The notes below the pieces were generated by a model. That model did not search any database. It was given only the letters and a program-made list of their open reading frames with translations, and was not told where the DNA came from. From a virus, in the IMG/VR virus record IMGVR_UViG_3300009553_000019, positions 1-64,000 of that record: a DNA stretch of 64,000 nt. One strand, written 5' to 3'. The translations under genes and the position numbers were made by a program. Of the stretch, positions 48,501 through 56,745 are shown piece by piece. The stretch's first letter is position 1, and each line of letters starts with the position of its first letter.

Positions 48501-49538
48501 TTTACTAGCTGTATTGCTAGTAATTTAGGCGCGATCAATGGCTCGAATATTACTTTTACTGATTGTCAGCATACAAGCCAGTTACATCAATCTGGAACTG
48601 TAGATACGCTTACAATCAGAGGCGGGAGATATCCAGCTGGATTTTTAGCAGATCCAGCTGGAAATCTATCCATTTTCCGAATTACTGACTGCAGTATAGG
48701 CCCAATTGTTTTGGATGGATCTGCGAATAGAAGCCAGATTTGGATTGAGCGTAATCTTTTAAATGGATCAATTAGCTGTAATCTTTCAGCAGTGACCAAA
48801 GTTGGTTTATTCATAAAGGGTAATTCACAGCTGGTTAATTCTAAAATTCAATGTACAAATGTCAGCGAAGCATGGTTGACGAATAACAGATTCTTTTCAG
48901 TGTTTGCTAGTTATGAATCCGCCCCTTATTGGTTTCAAGCAAGTCCTGGATCAAAGATAACAGATATTAGCATTGATGATAACCGTTTCGACATTGTTGG
49001 AACTGCAGGAGCAGCACCTCCAGCTACCTGGGCTTATTACGTAATTAACATGCTATCAGCCCCTGCTCCAAACAGAACAGAGAGGGTTAGCATTCGGGGG
49101 AATCAGTTTCATTGGACTCCAACTTCCCTCCAACCCATTCTGTGCTTTCATAGTGGGCGATCATTAAGTCTCCAAATTTTAAACAACCGTATGAAGTCCG
49201 AATCAGTGGGTACAGTTACCTGGTCGACATACGGTGGAGGTTCTACCCCATTTACTGCCTTTCATATGGGGTTGTTTACTAGTGATTTACCTTTTAGTGA
49301 CCCTTCAGCAGAAAAATCTGCAACTGGAGATTTGGCTATTGTTTCTGGAAATACTGCAGAAGACTCTGGAGGACCTATCTCAGTACCTTGGTTGGTAGCC
49401 AGCACTGGGGTTGGTGGGCAATATTTTGTAGGTTCAAATAATATGCCTCAAATTGGTAACACACGATACCCGACTGACGGTTCTTTTGTTGGGTGGTGTG
49501 GAGCTCTCAGTAATTTTACGCTTAACAACAACCTGTGA
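45591..49538 (+). CDS. Tail fibre/tailspike with baseplate-anchoring N-terminus and C-terminal beta-helix
   Basis: GIV.GL.V, G.GY..N.E, GTGTPT..NPHG.SL.D motif, then beta-helix repeats. Confidence 0.7.
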   Translation: MEGTRYRDGTLVDQNQLQRTESTKAAQILDSRTDEWELGIVGGLVVTVNSVNTNRVDLSAGHGYANNAELVFIGVDQLNIALADNTLGAINLLYAFYTELGGSPSPHETNGTAPDTENIASFRVRVLTASQFAALPFTDPTYSQDAQDRAFLLSKITATGGALTSGSITQPPPWRGLKQATLGLPNFGDGIKIVIVSDTTPEGPNGQLSFTQSPNALAWAAPGDTFGPTVLIPNDGYYTLTSSGGSTIQVNVQVTGLPVTPQIVTVSILGLYTQEVPRMSGTDLHHRSLVGTGTPTKQNPHGLSLADISPEFVDEIRFHQQLMHSNGIWRGSSANCLKVSINESPSPDNLLINTPTGADTYFVDGRRLVSIVNSGVSFTDVVSNNKSLYEIFVDASGNVKKSERARQPQPAVLAGLENGIVFVSEDFPAGTYQLTWDTTGAPQLSLNDGPPVLILGTGLYNLRFDFGYIQFYVGSYSNLPGVSPNPPGTFVEVITINPAVSKSKNLSLAQVYFSGSSSGFLGYTPNRGVEAAKLVDTRLFGSIETYHFRDDTLRELELPTDEHSYDGVVIGRPDPRYTEGLTVSILGGLTVTVNGFAPAYVKGRRFEVEGGVNITVQGTSSTVIYVNEHGSISECPITLASFLSANNATDGLNQDGSLILRGAALALVLSDAGSVVDVIDLRRNLGGGNVSVEPWTVGSTNFVYGEFFDLRGAIVYASANKMSVIKVLETVIDDQISLVDDLVIDGGVIILDSAVASLSSIFEVLSSATIRNATVVADIGPITGPLLNGNSASNRHLSLESVALVGAGLTGIKIGPASNTQQVTIRDLVCRVGVAGPATANPVVELQVNTAVDVDGITYDPGLSLTSDGIIKLSGAGINYDLGLSVSGIHSKSTAWVVGFGGSGNTLQNLKVSDCVGIKLDTFSTTPTSKVAFANTTCLGALVLTSLQDSSFSNCSMPNGFGLISVQNVTFTSCIASNLGAINGSNITFTDCQHTSQLHQSGTVDTLTIRGGRYPAGFLADPAGNLSIFRITDCSIGPIVLDGSANRSQIWIERNLLNGSISCNLSAVTKVGLFIKGNSQLVNSKIQCTNVSEAWLTNNRFFSVFASYESAPYWFQASPGSKITDISIDDNRFDIVGTAGAAPPATWAYYVINMLSAPAPNRTERVSIRGNQFHWTPTSLQPILCFHSGRSLSLQILNNRMKSESVGTVTWSTYGGGSTPFTAFHMGLFTSDLPFSDPSAEKSATGDLAIVSGNTAEDSGGPISVPWLVASTGVGGQYFVGSNNMPQIGNTRYPTDGSFVGWCGALSNFTLNNNL

Positions 49539-49542
49539 AACA

Positions 49543-49848
49543 ATGGAATTACACAACACAAAATTATCCTTCCTCTCTTGGTTACAGCTTAGCCTCGAAC
49601 AGAGAAATCTTGTAAAACAAGCTTTAGTTAGGTTAAGTGCATTCAACTGGACAGATCAAACGGTACAAGATTGGTACTCAGCTAGAAAAATTGGTTTTAC
49701 AGATCATTTAGGAATTCAGCTGTGGGGGTTGGTTGGTGAGAATTACAGACTTCTGGCAAAGTTAGAATTAAAAAGAATCGTATGGTATGTTGGTCATGCA
49801 TGGAAATCACAGCCAGAGTTGATTATCGAAATTTCTTCATCTACTTGA
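49543..49848 (+). CDS. Hypothetical protein
   Basis: ATG 4 nt after the fibre stop; 101 aa. Confidence 0.5.
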   Translation: MELHNTKLSFLSWLQLSLEQRNLVKQALVRLSAFNWTDQTVQDWYSARKIGFTDHLGIQLWGLVGENYRLLAKLELKRIVWYVGHAWKSQPELIIEISSST

Positions 49849-49881
49849 TTCTCTAGTGATCATTATTATGATCATTGTATG
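49845..49881 (+). promoter_or_regulatory. Conserved early promoter copy 1 (leaderless)
   Basis: TTGATT-N16-TATGAT-CATTGT-ATG(49879). Confidence 0.8.
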
Positions 49882-50649
49882 AAGGTTTCAATGATTCGAT
49901 ATACAATGGTAGCTTTGATGGTCCTAACAGGATGTGGTCCAGCTTTTACTGCTGCTGAAGATTCTGGTGGAGCTTCTGGTCGAACAGCAATTGATGAAGT
50001 TGCAGGTCAACCCTCAGAGCAAGATAATGCTGGCATGGCTGGGGTTAATCTATCATTAGCTGGATCTAACGGAATCGAAAATCTTGGGGGTTCAGTTTCA
50101 ACTGGTGGTGCAGACACTGCAGGACATTCTGGAAGCTCTAGTGCAGGAGCTTCTATAGGTGGTTCGATTGACTCCCAAAATCCCACTGAATCCTCTGCTA
50201 GAATTTCAATTCGATTGCCAGCTAGTACGAATGGGGGTAACTGCCCGGATCCTGGGACAACTTATATTGTAGGTTCAAAACCTCCTACTCAATCAGATCC
50301 AGGAACTCCAGTATCTAATGGAGGTAGTGTTGAGACTTCTTGTATCTTTTCTGATACAGGATTTGGTGGAAAATTAAAAGCATCTCACTTAGCATTTGAT
50401 GATAGTATTGACCTAACGATTAGAAATGGAGTTAGGGAGCTCGATGGATCAATCGATGCAGACTTTACTTTCGTTACTTCAAAGCTAGGAAGTGAGTTTA
50501 CAGGAAATTGCAAACTTACTCCGTTGGTTAAGTTCAGCCAAGAAATGGTTTGGGGTCAGTTCTCTTGCAGCAGTATTACTAGCGCTGATGGAGATCAATG
50601 TCAAGTCGGGGAAAGTGTAATTGTTTTTCGTAACTGCTCAGATAAGTGA
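49879..50649 (+). CDS. Lipoprotein with G/S-rich linker and Cys-paired C-terminal domain
   Basis: Signal peptide with lipobox LTGC; AGSGG-type linker; 6 Cys in the C-terminal domain. Confidence 0.75.
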   Translation: MKVSMIRYTMVALMVLTGCGPAFTAAEDSGGASGRTAIDEVAGQPSEQDNAGMAGVNLSLAGSNGIENLGGSVSTGGADTAGHSGSSSAGASIGGSIDSQNPTESSARISIRLPASTNGGNCPDPGTTYIVGSKPPTQSDPGTPVSNGGSVETSCIFSDTGFGGKLKASHLAFDDSIDLTIRNGVRELDGSIDADFTFVTSKLGSEFTGNCKLTPLVKFSQEMVWGQFSCSSITSADGDQCQVGESVIVFRNCSDK

Positions 50650-50669
50650 AAATTTTCGAGGCTTCATAC

Positions 50670-50707
50670 TTGATTTCATTCTGAATCATTATTAAGATAT
50701 TTGTATG
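50670..50707 (+). promoter_or_regulatory. Conserved early promoter copy 2 (leaderless)
   Basis: TTGATT-N17-TAAGAT-ATTTGT-ATG(50705). Confidence 0.8.
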
Positions 50708-51097
50708 ATGCTATTTACAGAAACAGAACTTCTCCCTCTTGAAGAAATAGCTTGGCAAAAGTCCAATTTGAAAACCATGTACGACGAGGAAACTAAAATG
50801 CACGATCCAGAAATCTCAGAAGAAAACATCAAAAACGCAGTGATGGAAATCAAAGAATTTGATTATACTAACGTTGAAACAGCGGTCATAGAAATGGTCA
50901 AAGCTGACCTGAAACCAAAGAAAGTTCTCAAGAAACCAGCTCCAGTTACTTGCTCAATCTGTGGTCGAGAACGTGATTGTCGTTCAATGAAAGCAACTCT
51001 GGTAGAAGATTCTGCATTGAATCAAGTTCGGCGATATGTTTGTCGTAAGACAGTCAAAGCTGAAGATGGTTCGGTAAAATGCTTCATCAAGGAATAA
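50705..51097 (+). CDS. Hypothetical protein with C-terminal Cys-rich (Zn-ribbon-like) domain
   Basis: CSICG...C...C...C. Confidence 0.6.
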   Translation: MMLFTETELLPLEEIAWQKSNLKTMYDEETKMHDPEISEENIKNAVMEIKEFDYTNVETAVIEMVKADLKPKKVLKKPAPVTCSICGRERDCRSMKATLVEDSALNQVRRYVCRKTVKAEDGSVKCFIKE

Positions 51098-51098
51098 G

Positions 51099-52139
51099 AT
51101 GAAGTACACAGGAAAATTGGATCGGGCAATCGGTGCTTTGGTTGGTAGTGCTATTGGTGATACATTTGGAGCTCCACTAGAGTTCAGGCCAGCTATCACT
51201 GAGCCAAAAAACTGGGTTACCGAAATCACTGGTGGAGGGGGGTTTGGCTGGAGACCTGGAGAGGTAACTGATGACACGATTATGGCCAACGCCATAACTC
51301 AAATGTATCTCCAACACGGCCGTTATAACCAAACCTTCCTGGTTAATCAGTGGTTAGACTGGTTGCATCGAGGTCCGAAGGATATTGGAAGTTGGACTCG
51401 CCAAGCCTTGCATCGAATGGAACGAGAAAAGACTCGAAGTGGTATGTTCGATCACTTTCATTGGGGATCGAACCGTCACGGACTTAGAGATGAAAAGCAT
51501 CCAGCTGTTAAGCTATGGAAATCTGCTGGTTGGAGGGATGCAGGAAATGGCGGAGTTATGCGATGCGTTCCCAGCGCATTAGCAACCCCTCGAGCAAGGG
51601 ATCGAATTCGGGAGGTTCGATGGATTTGTGAAGACACTCACCCTGATCCTCGAGCTATTGCCAGCTGCATTGGAGTAGTTGAAACTTGCGCTCAGCTAAT
51701 TGCAGGTGATTCTGTAGAAGTTGCAGTTGGGGCGGCATTTTCAAGAATCAAATTCAAGACTGTAATTCCTTGGTGTGATACATGGAAGTCTGAAACTATT
51801 TTCGAAAGCTATGAAAATACCTTGTTTCTTGTTAAACAAGCGATGCTGACATCAAAGTCACTTCCTTGGCATAAGTGGACGAATAGTGGATATACGATTG
51901 GGACTATCGAATCAGCTTTCGCAGCTCTGCACCAATGCGACTCGTTCGAAGATGGTTTGGTGATGATCGTCAATCGCGGTAATGATGCTGATTCGGTGGG
52001 AGCTGTTGCTGGATCTCTGCTAGGAGCGAAGTTTGGTTTTGAGGCGATTCCCAAACGTTGGTTTGACAAGCTAGAAAACGGACAACAGTACGTCGATAAT
52101 GCTATCCGACTGTATCAACAGATTCGGAGTAACCGATAA
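51099..52139 (+). CDS. ADP-ribosylglycohydrolase (DraG/ARH family)
   Basis: GALVG.AIGD.FG.P.EF, TDDT, DIG, GNGGVMR..P, THPD, G.DADSVGAVAG.LLGA..G...IP..W. Confidence 0.92.
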   Translation: MKYTGKLDRAIGALVGSAIGDTFGAPLEFRPAITEPKNWVTEITGGGGFGWRPGEVTDDTIMANAITQMYLQHGRYNQTFLVNQWLDWLHRGPKDIGSWTRQALHRMEREKTRSGMFDHFHWGSNRHGLRDEKHPAVKLWKSAGWRDAGNGGVMRCVPSALATPRARDRIREVRWICEDTHPDPRAIASCIGVVETCAQLIAGDSVEVAVGAAFSRIKFKTVIPWCDTWKSETIFESYENTLFLVKQAMLTSKSLPWHKWTNSGYTIGTIESAFAALHQCDSFEDGLVMIVNRGNDADSVGAVAGSLLGAKFGFEAIPKRWFDKLENGQQYVDNAIRLYQQIRSNR

Positions 52140-52358
52140 ATGGTTTACACACCCGCATTACAAATTTTGCTAGGATCTTTCTTAGCTACTGTAGATCTAA
52201 GTTGCCATGAATATTGGTGGGTCGCTTGGTGGCTGTTTTTCGTTGCCACGGGTATCTTGATAATGTTTGTTGATTGTTGTGTAGAAGAAAAGCTGAATGA
52301 GATGATAGCCAGGCGAGAAGAGTTTCTACAAGAGCTTGAATTGGAGGAACTACAATGA
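52140..52358 (+). CDS. Small membrane protein
   Basis: Two hydrophobic segments; tightly coupled to neighbours. Confidence 0.5.
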   Translation: MVYTPALQILLGSFLATVDLSCHEYWWVAWWLFFVATGILIMFVDCCVEEKLNEMIARREEFLQELELEELQ

Positions 52359-52624
52359 ACGCAGGTCAAAAGATTCTTTATGATCTGTTTGAAGATATTC
52401 TTCATGCTATTCCTGAACTACCAGTTAAGGACCAGGTAAAGTATCTGCAGGTTAGCTTTAATTATGCAGCACCAGAACGGGAGTTTGAGTTTTGGCAGAG
52501 GTTGTCAGTAATTCTAAACCAAAACTCAAATTCTGGAAGCTGGGATGGCTGGGAGTACAGGATTGCTTTTCTTTACAACGACGCGGCAGAAAATCGAAAC
52601 AAGCTGTCTAACGAGGCTGCATGA
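52355..52624 (+). CDS. Hypothetical protein
   Basis: RBS GGAGG; ATGA coupling. Confidence 0.6.
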   Translation: MNAGQKILYDLFEDILHAIPELPVKDQVKYLQVSFNYAAPEREFEFWQRLSVILNQNSNSGSWDGWEYRIAFLYNDAAENRNKLSNEAA

Positions 52625-53031
52625 TCTCATGGGATTGTGAATTACTGTACGAAGACGGAGTTCGTCTGTACAACAGTAAAAAACTTCGTAACATTAAGAT
52701 AATGTCTGATAATCGTCAGATAGGTGACTTGGTTTACAAGACGACGGAGGGTATCATACGAACTCTTATCTCTGGCTACAAGGTTGACCATTTCAGTATT
52801 CACTGGCTGACCATTTCAGGGTATGAGCTAGGGCTAGATGGCCAAACAATGTTTAAGCAGGTCCTTGCTATTCAACCAGCAATTCTCGAAGCTAATATAG
52901 GACAAGAGAAAGCTGAAGTCCTGGTAAAGACTGAATTAACCAACCCACTTTTATGCATACGGTGTAATCTTGAAAGAGATGAGCATCCCCATCCTAGTGT
53001 ACTTAGGAACTGCATAGTATTTTTAGAGTGA
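52621..53031 (+). CDS. Hypothetical protein with C-terminal CxxC...H...C motif
   Basis: RBS GAGG; ATGA coupling. Confidence 0.55.
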   Translation: MISWDCELLYEDGVRLYNSKKLRNIKIMSDNRQIGDLVYKTTEGIIRTLISGYKVDHFSIHWLTISGYELGLDGQTMFKQVLAIQPAILEANIGQEKAEVLVKTELTNPLLCIRCNLERDEHPHPSVLRNCIVFLE

Positions 53032-53048
53032 CGGTAATATAGCTTGAA

Positions 53049-53121
53049 CGGGGTATGGCGCAGTTGGTAGCGCGCGTGCTTTGGGAGCATGAGGTCGCCA
53101 GTTCGAGTCTGGCTACCCCGA
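53049..53121 (+). tRNA. tRNA-Pro(TGG)
   Basis: Acceptor CGGGGTA/TACCCCG; anticodon arm CGTGC-TTTGGGA-GCATG; T-loop GTTCGAGTC; CCA not encoded. Confidence 0.95.
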
Positions 53122-53130
53122 CTATAATCT

Positions 53131-53203
53131 GCCACCTTAGCTCAGTTGGTCGAGCAGCTGTTTTGTAAGCAGCAGGTCATCGGTTCAAATCCGATAGGTG
53201 GCT
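53131..53203 (+). tRNA. tRNA-Thr(TGT)
   Basis: Acceptor GCCACCT/AGGTGGC; anticodon arm GCTGT-TTTGTAA-GCAGC; T-loop GTTCAAATC; CCA not encoded. Confidence 0.95.
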
Positions 53204-53238
53204 CTAATGACTCTTTGTAAAAATCTTGATTCTGCTAC

Positions 53239-53275
53239 TTGATTTGTCGTTAATCATTATTATGATGTTTGTATG
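53239..53275 (+). promoter_or_regulatory. Conserved early promoter copy 3 (leaderless)
   Basis: TTGATT-N16-TATGAT-GTTTGT-ATG(53273). Confidence 0.85.
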
Positions 53276-53431
53276 GACAAATTGGAGCAAGGAAAGATCA
53301 AAGTTGAAGCTAGCAGGCTTAGGCTAGCTGGTTATGAAAAACAGGCTGAAGATCTTCTTGCTAAGATGTATAGCAAAGTCAAAGCAGAGAAGCTCAAGAA
53401 CAGGAAGAAATTCTTGAGTAGGAGTCGTTGA
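53273..53431 (+). CDS. Small basic protein (52 aa), not in ORF track
   Basis: MDKLEQGKIKVEASRLRLAGYEKQAEDLLAKMYSKVKAEKLKNRKKFLSRSR; stop abuts the next ATG. Confidence 0.75.
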   Translation: MDKLEQGKIKVEASRLRLAGYEKQAEDLLAKMYSKVKAEKLKNRKKFLSRSR

Positions 53432-53680
53432 ATGAAACTGGAAATTGAAGTAACTCAGGTACAGGTAATTCGTATACCTTACCATACAGATACCATTTAC
53501 TTCTCTTTTGCTGGACCAACCCCCTTTCCAAAAATGTCAGAAAAAGAGCCTGGTAAGTATGGGCCCGTAATGAAAGTTGAATGCCAGAAAGGGTTTGCAG
53601 AAGTGTGGTTGAGATCAATGGGCATTACCTCTTGTGAATTGATCACTCAAGAAGGTTCTAAACAGGTTACTATCCCATGA
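53432..53680 (+). CDS. Hypothetical protein
   Basis: RBS AGGAG; 82 aa. Confidence 0.6.
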   Translation: MKLEIEVTQVQVIRIPYHTDTIYFSFAGPTPFPKMSEKEPGKYGPVMKVECQKGFAEVWLRSMGITSCELITQEGSKQVTIP

Positions 53681-54066
53681 AAACCATCAAAACTGTCTGG
53701 AAGTTTCCCATTGTTAATGGTGAATTTACTCACAAGATTCCAGTTGGGGCTGAGTTCTTAACCCTACAGCGGTGGATGGAAACCCCTGTATTCTGGATGT
53801 TGGTAGATCCAAAAGCGAAGAAAGAGGAGCGAAAGTTCTTCCTTACAGGAACTGGAACCGATATTGAGGTTGATAGTAACTCAGTCCTAACTTACCTTGG
53901 CACATTCCAGATGCAAGGTGGTTCCACTGTCTTTCACTTATTTGAGATGACTGGAGTAGCTCCTGTCCTCAAGTTGCTAACCTCAAAAGAACCTCCACTA
54001 GAAACAGACGATTCAAAATCCGGTAACATTACTCCAACAGACCCTAAAGGAACGAATCAATGGTAA
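53677..54066 (+). CDS. Conserved phage hypothetical protein (KT.WKFP...W.LVDP...GTG...YLGT.Q...VFHLFE type)
   Basis: Motif pattern common in phage early proteins; ATGA coupling. Confidence 0.65.
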   Translation: MKTIKTVWKFPIVNGEFTHKIPVGAEFLTLQRWMETPVFWMLVDPKAKKEERKFFLTGTGTDIEVDSNSVLTYLGTFQMQGGSTVFHLFEMTGVAPVLKLLTSKEPPLETDDSKSGNITPTDPKGTNQW

Positions 54067-54428
54067 ACAGCTTGACTCGACAGCCTCAGAGAGATTTGAT
54101 CAGGTATCGATACATTCGTGAAGTTGGGACTAGAAAACCAATTGGTTGTGTTGCATATGCCCTGGGCATAGAAGGGATTCAGTTTGGTTGGTCGTTTTGT
54201 AGCCCATCTGATAAATGGGACACTAGCAAAGCTAGGATGATTGCTAGAAATCGTTTGTCTTCTGATTCTTTTCAGGAGCTTAGCTACGATACCCAGCAAT
54301 CCCCTACAAGAATGCTTCGAGATGCTTTGCAGACAATCGCAGAGCATTTTGCTAGTCATCGTGAACGAAATATGATCTCAATTATTCACGCATTGAGCAA
54401 TGACTGGGATCTCAACCCAGACCGATAA
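54060..54428 (+). CDS. Hypothetical phage protein
   Basis: GWS.CSP.D.W....AR.IA..R motif. Confidence 0.6.
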   Translation: MVNSLTRQPQRDLIRYRYIREVGTRKPIGCVAYALGIEGIQFGWSFCSPSDKWDTSKARMIARNRLSSDSFQELSYDTQQSPTRMLRDALQTIAEHFASHRERNMISIIHALSNDWDLNPDR

Positions 54429-54830
54429 ATGCGTCAATGGATGGTTAACCCACGGATACTCTGTAAACTCCACCTGGGAGGAGAAAATCTTGAACATTGG
54501 ATGTTTTTAGGTTCTATCAGGGTAGGAAAAACGAAGTGGGGTCACTACCCAGGTATGCTAGAAATCAAGAAGCTACATTCTCGACACGTTGAACTAGCAG
54601 CTGAAATGACAAGTCGAGGTTGGAATCATAAGAAGCCAATCACCAACCCAATGGTACATCATGCCTATGTCATAGGGCATGGAAACACAGCTTTTTGGGA
54701 TGGGTTCTTTCAGCCAGAACCAACTATAGACGTTGCAGCTAATGAACGAGAGCTTTGGAGACGTTGTCAGCGATGTAGAAATCGCATGGCAGTTTTAGGT
54801 TACAGATTTCCTCTAACAATCAATACTTAA
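54429..54830 (+). CDS. Pyrimidine-dimer DNA glycosylase / T4 endonuclease V-like
   Basis: MR.WMVNP.ILC..HL.GE..E..M, RH..L..EM..RG.NH..P, EL..RC..CR.R. Confidence 0.75.
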   Translation: MRQWMVNPRILCKLHLGGENLEHWMFLGSIRVGKTKWGHYPGMLEIKKLHSRHVELAAEMTSRGWNHKKPITNPMVHHAYVIGHGNTAFWDGFFQPEPTIDVAANERELWRRCQRCRNRMAVLGYRFPLTINT

Positions 54831-54850
54831 AGGAGCACTTTAAGTATTGG

Positions 54851-54864
54851 TATAATAGTACGTG
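54851..54864 (+). promoter_or_regulatory. Extended -10 promoter candidate directly ahead of a GTG start
   Basis: TGG-TATAAT-AGTAC-GTG(54862), with no RBS in between. Confidence 0.45.
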
Positions 54865-55197
54865 AACTTTAGCTACGCATCACTACTTCAAGCCTCATTA
54901 AACCAACTTGAGCTGGAAGTAAGGTTTGAATCACTGAGAAAGATGTTCTCACATATCAGTGGAATGCCTGAACACCAGATCCCTGATCATTGGATCTATC
55001 TGTGTAATCAACCAGAAATTGCAGATGCTGTAACTACCAAGAATGCTATTCAAGTTCGTATGCAATACAACTTCAGTATTCCGGTGAATACCAATGATCC
55101 TGCCTGGAGCTCTAAGTACAAGGGAAGGGTTGTAGATATGGTTCAGCAACTACTTGATGAAGGATATTTAAGACGTCTCGTTAAAAAATCTGCCTAA
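54862..55197 (+). CDS. Hypothetical protein
   Basis: 111-aa ORF filling the gap between genes. Confidence 0.55.
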   Translation: MNFSYASLLQASLNQLELEVRFESLRKMFSHISGMPEHQIPDHWIYLCNQPEIADAVTTKNAIQVRMQYNFSIPVNTNDPAWSSKYKGRVVDMVQQLLDEGYLRRLVKKSA

Positions 55198-55202
55198 GAC
55201 TA

Positions 55203-55239
55203 TTGATTTGTTGAAAATCATTATTATGATGTTTGTATG
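55203..55239 (+). promoter_or_regulatory. Conserved early promoter copy 4 (leaderless)
   Basis: TTGATT-N16-TATGAT-GTTTGT-ATG(55237). Confidence 0.85.
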
Positions 55240-55383
55240 GCCGATTTGAAGAAAACAAAAGTCGAAAGTAGAGACGCTGTAGAGAAGAAACCAACTTTCA
55301 AAGATCTAGGCTTTGCTTCAAATGCTGATATGCTCTATTATCAAATTGCAATGGCTAAAGCAAAGAAGCGAGGTAAGAGATGA
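55237..55383 (+). CDS. Small basic protein (48 aa), not in ORF track
   Basis: MADLKKTKVESRDAVEKKPTFKDLGFASNADMLYYQIAMAKAKKRGKR; ATGA-coupled to 55380. Confidence 0.75.
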   Translation: MADLKKTKVESRDAVEKKPTFKDLGFASNADMLYYQIAMAKAKKRGKR

Positions 55384-55667
55384 AAACGACTCTAGAGCCT
55401 GGACAAATTACTTGCGAGATTGATGGTTGGAATTTTGGTCAATCTTCATATGCAGAAACCGATAGCTATGACAAGGGTTCTGCAACTATCGACTCACAAG
55501 GTAGGTTTTGTATAGAAATTCTCAACACCATCTACGATGATCGAAATGGTGACTCAATCGAAGAGCATTCGATAACCATCCCTAAAGAGGTTTGGCAAGA
55601 ACTAGTTCGTCGGTTTAACTCTCAAAAAATTGTAGAAGTTGGCATGGTGGTTGAGAGGCACGATTGA
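55380..55667 (+). CDS. Hypothetical acidic protein
   Basis: RBS GAGG; 95 aa. Confidence 0.6.
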   Translation: MKTTLEPGQITCEIDGWNFGQSSYAETDSYDKGSATIDSQGRFCIEILNTIYDDRNGDSIEEHSITIPKEVWQELVRRFNSQKIVEVGMVVERHD

Positions 55668-55674
55668 TTCTTCA

Positions 55675-56745
55675 ATGGTAAAAATAGTTAACCCAACTCC
55701 AGACAATTTCAAATCTGCTCATAGCAGATTTCCAGTAGTTCCAACTCAAGCAGAGATCCCTGGTGGGACTGCCGTTGAGGATTCGGTTGATTACTTCACC
55801 AACGACCATATTGCTAACCACCTGGAGAAGATCAAAGATATTCTCCAACGATCAGGTGATCTACAAAGAGTTTACGCTTACTCAAGAGCTGTAAATGCTA
55901 TTCGTAGCCACAGTATACCTGTCTCTAAGATGGATTTAAAGGCTGGTGATATAAAGTATGTTGGACCAGCCATCGTCCAGACTATTGAGGAGTTTATTGA
56001 GTCTGGTATGTCAAACAGGCTGAGAGACCTTGAAAAAGAGTTTCCACCACTACCAGATAGTTTGAAAGAGCTTGAGAAGGTTTCAGGCCTTGGACCAGTG
56101 AAGATTGCCAAGCTTCACAAAGAGTTTGGAGTCCTCAATCTAGCAGACTTGCAAAAACTGATTGACAGTAAACCTGATTATGAATTTGTAGCAAGTTTGA
56201 AGCAAGCTGTACACATTGCGTTAACCGAACAACCTAGAATCCCGATTGATGATGCTCTAGTAATCGGAGACCCAATCCTCGATGTTTTGAGAAATTGGGC
56301 AGAAGTGATCAAAGTTAGTTACGCTGGATCAATTCGACGAAAGCTTCCAACCGTAAAAGATATTGACATTGTTGTAGCAGTATCTGAGCATAATCGTAAA
56401 ACGGTTAGAGATAAAATCAAAGCGGCGTGGCCAGAAGATGTTTATGCAGACGGACCCAGCAAGACTCGTTTAAGAGTAAAAGGTCGTCAGCTAGACATTG
56501 TCTTTAGTGGGTTAGATTGCTGGGGAGCCAGCTTGGCATACTTCACTGGATCTCAAGCTCATAACATTCTTGTTAGAGAGCATGCTGCTAGCAAAGGTCT
56601 AAAACTCAACGAGTTTGGCTTAAACGAACGAAAAACGGGTATGTTTGTCTCAGGATGCCCTGACGAAAGGTTTCTTTATCAGTTACTAGGACTGAAGTAT
56701 GTAGAACCTGAAGATCGAACCGATAAAAAGCTAGAAACTTTATGA
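55675..56745 (+). CDS. polX: Family X DNA polymerase (8-kDa/HhH + nucleotidyltransferase; no PHP domain)
   Basis: R..AY.RA, I.YVGP.I, V.GLGP.K, AGSIRR...TVKDIDIVV, QLDIV, YFTGS..HN...R..A...GLKLNEFGL, L...Y..PE.R. Start uncertain (55639 or 55675). Confidence 0.92.
   Translation: MVKIVNPTPDNFKSAHSRFPVVPTQAEIPGGTAVEDSVDYFTNDHIANHLEKIKDILQRSGDLQRVYAYSRAVNAIRSHSIPVSKMDLKAGDIKYVGPAIVQTIEEFIESGMSNRLRDLEKEFPPLPDSLKELEKVSGLGPVKIAKLHKEFGVLNLADLQKLIDSKPDYEFVASLKQAVHIALTEQPRIPIDDALVIGDPILDVLRNWAEVIKVSYAGSIRRKLPTVKDIDIVVAVSEHNRKTVRDKIKAAWPEDVYADGPSKTRLRVKGRQLDIVFSGLDCWGASLAYFTGSQAHNILVREHAASKGLKLNEFGLNERKTGMFVSGCPDERFLYQLLGLKYVEPEDRTDKKLETL

Noticed and set aside
52872-53135. Minus-strand ORFs 52872..53135 and 58209..58430, and the N-terminus of 58282..58698
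   Set aside because: They overlap tRNA genes; the translations are typical tRNA-derived artefacts.
53245-53266. TAATCATTAT in the promoter spacer as a Fur box
   Set aside because: It matches only the right half of the 19-bp Fur consensus; the left half is not conserved across the six copies.
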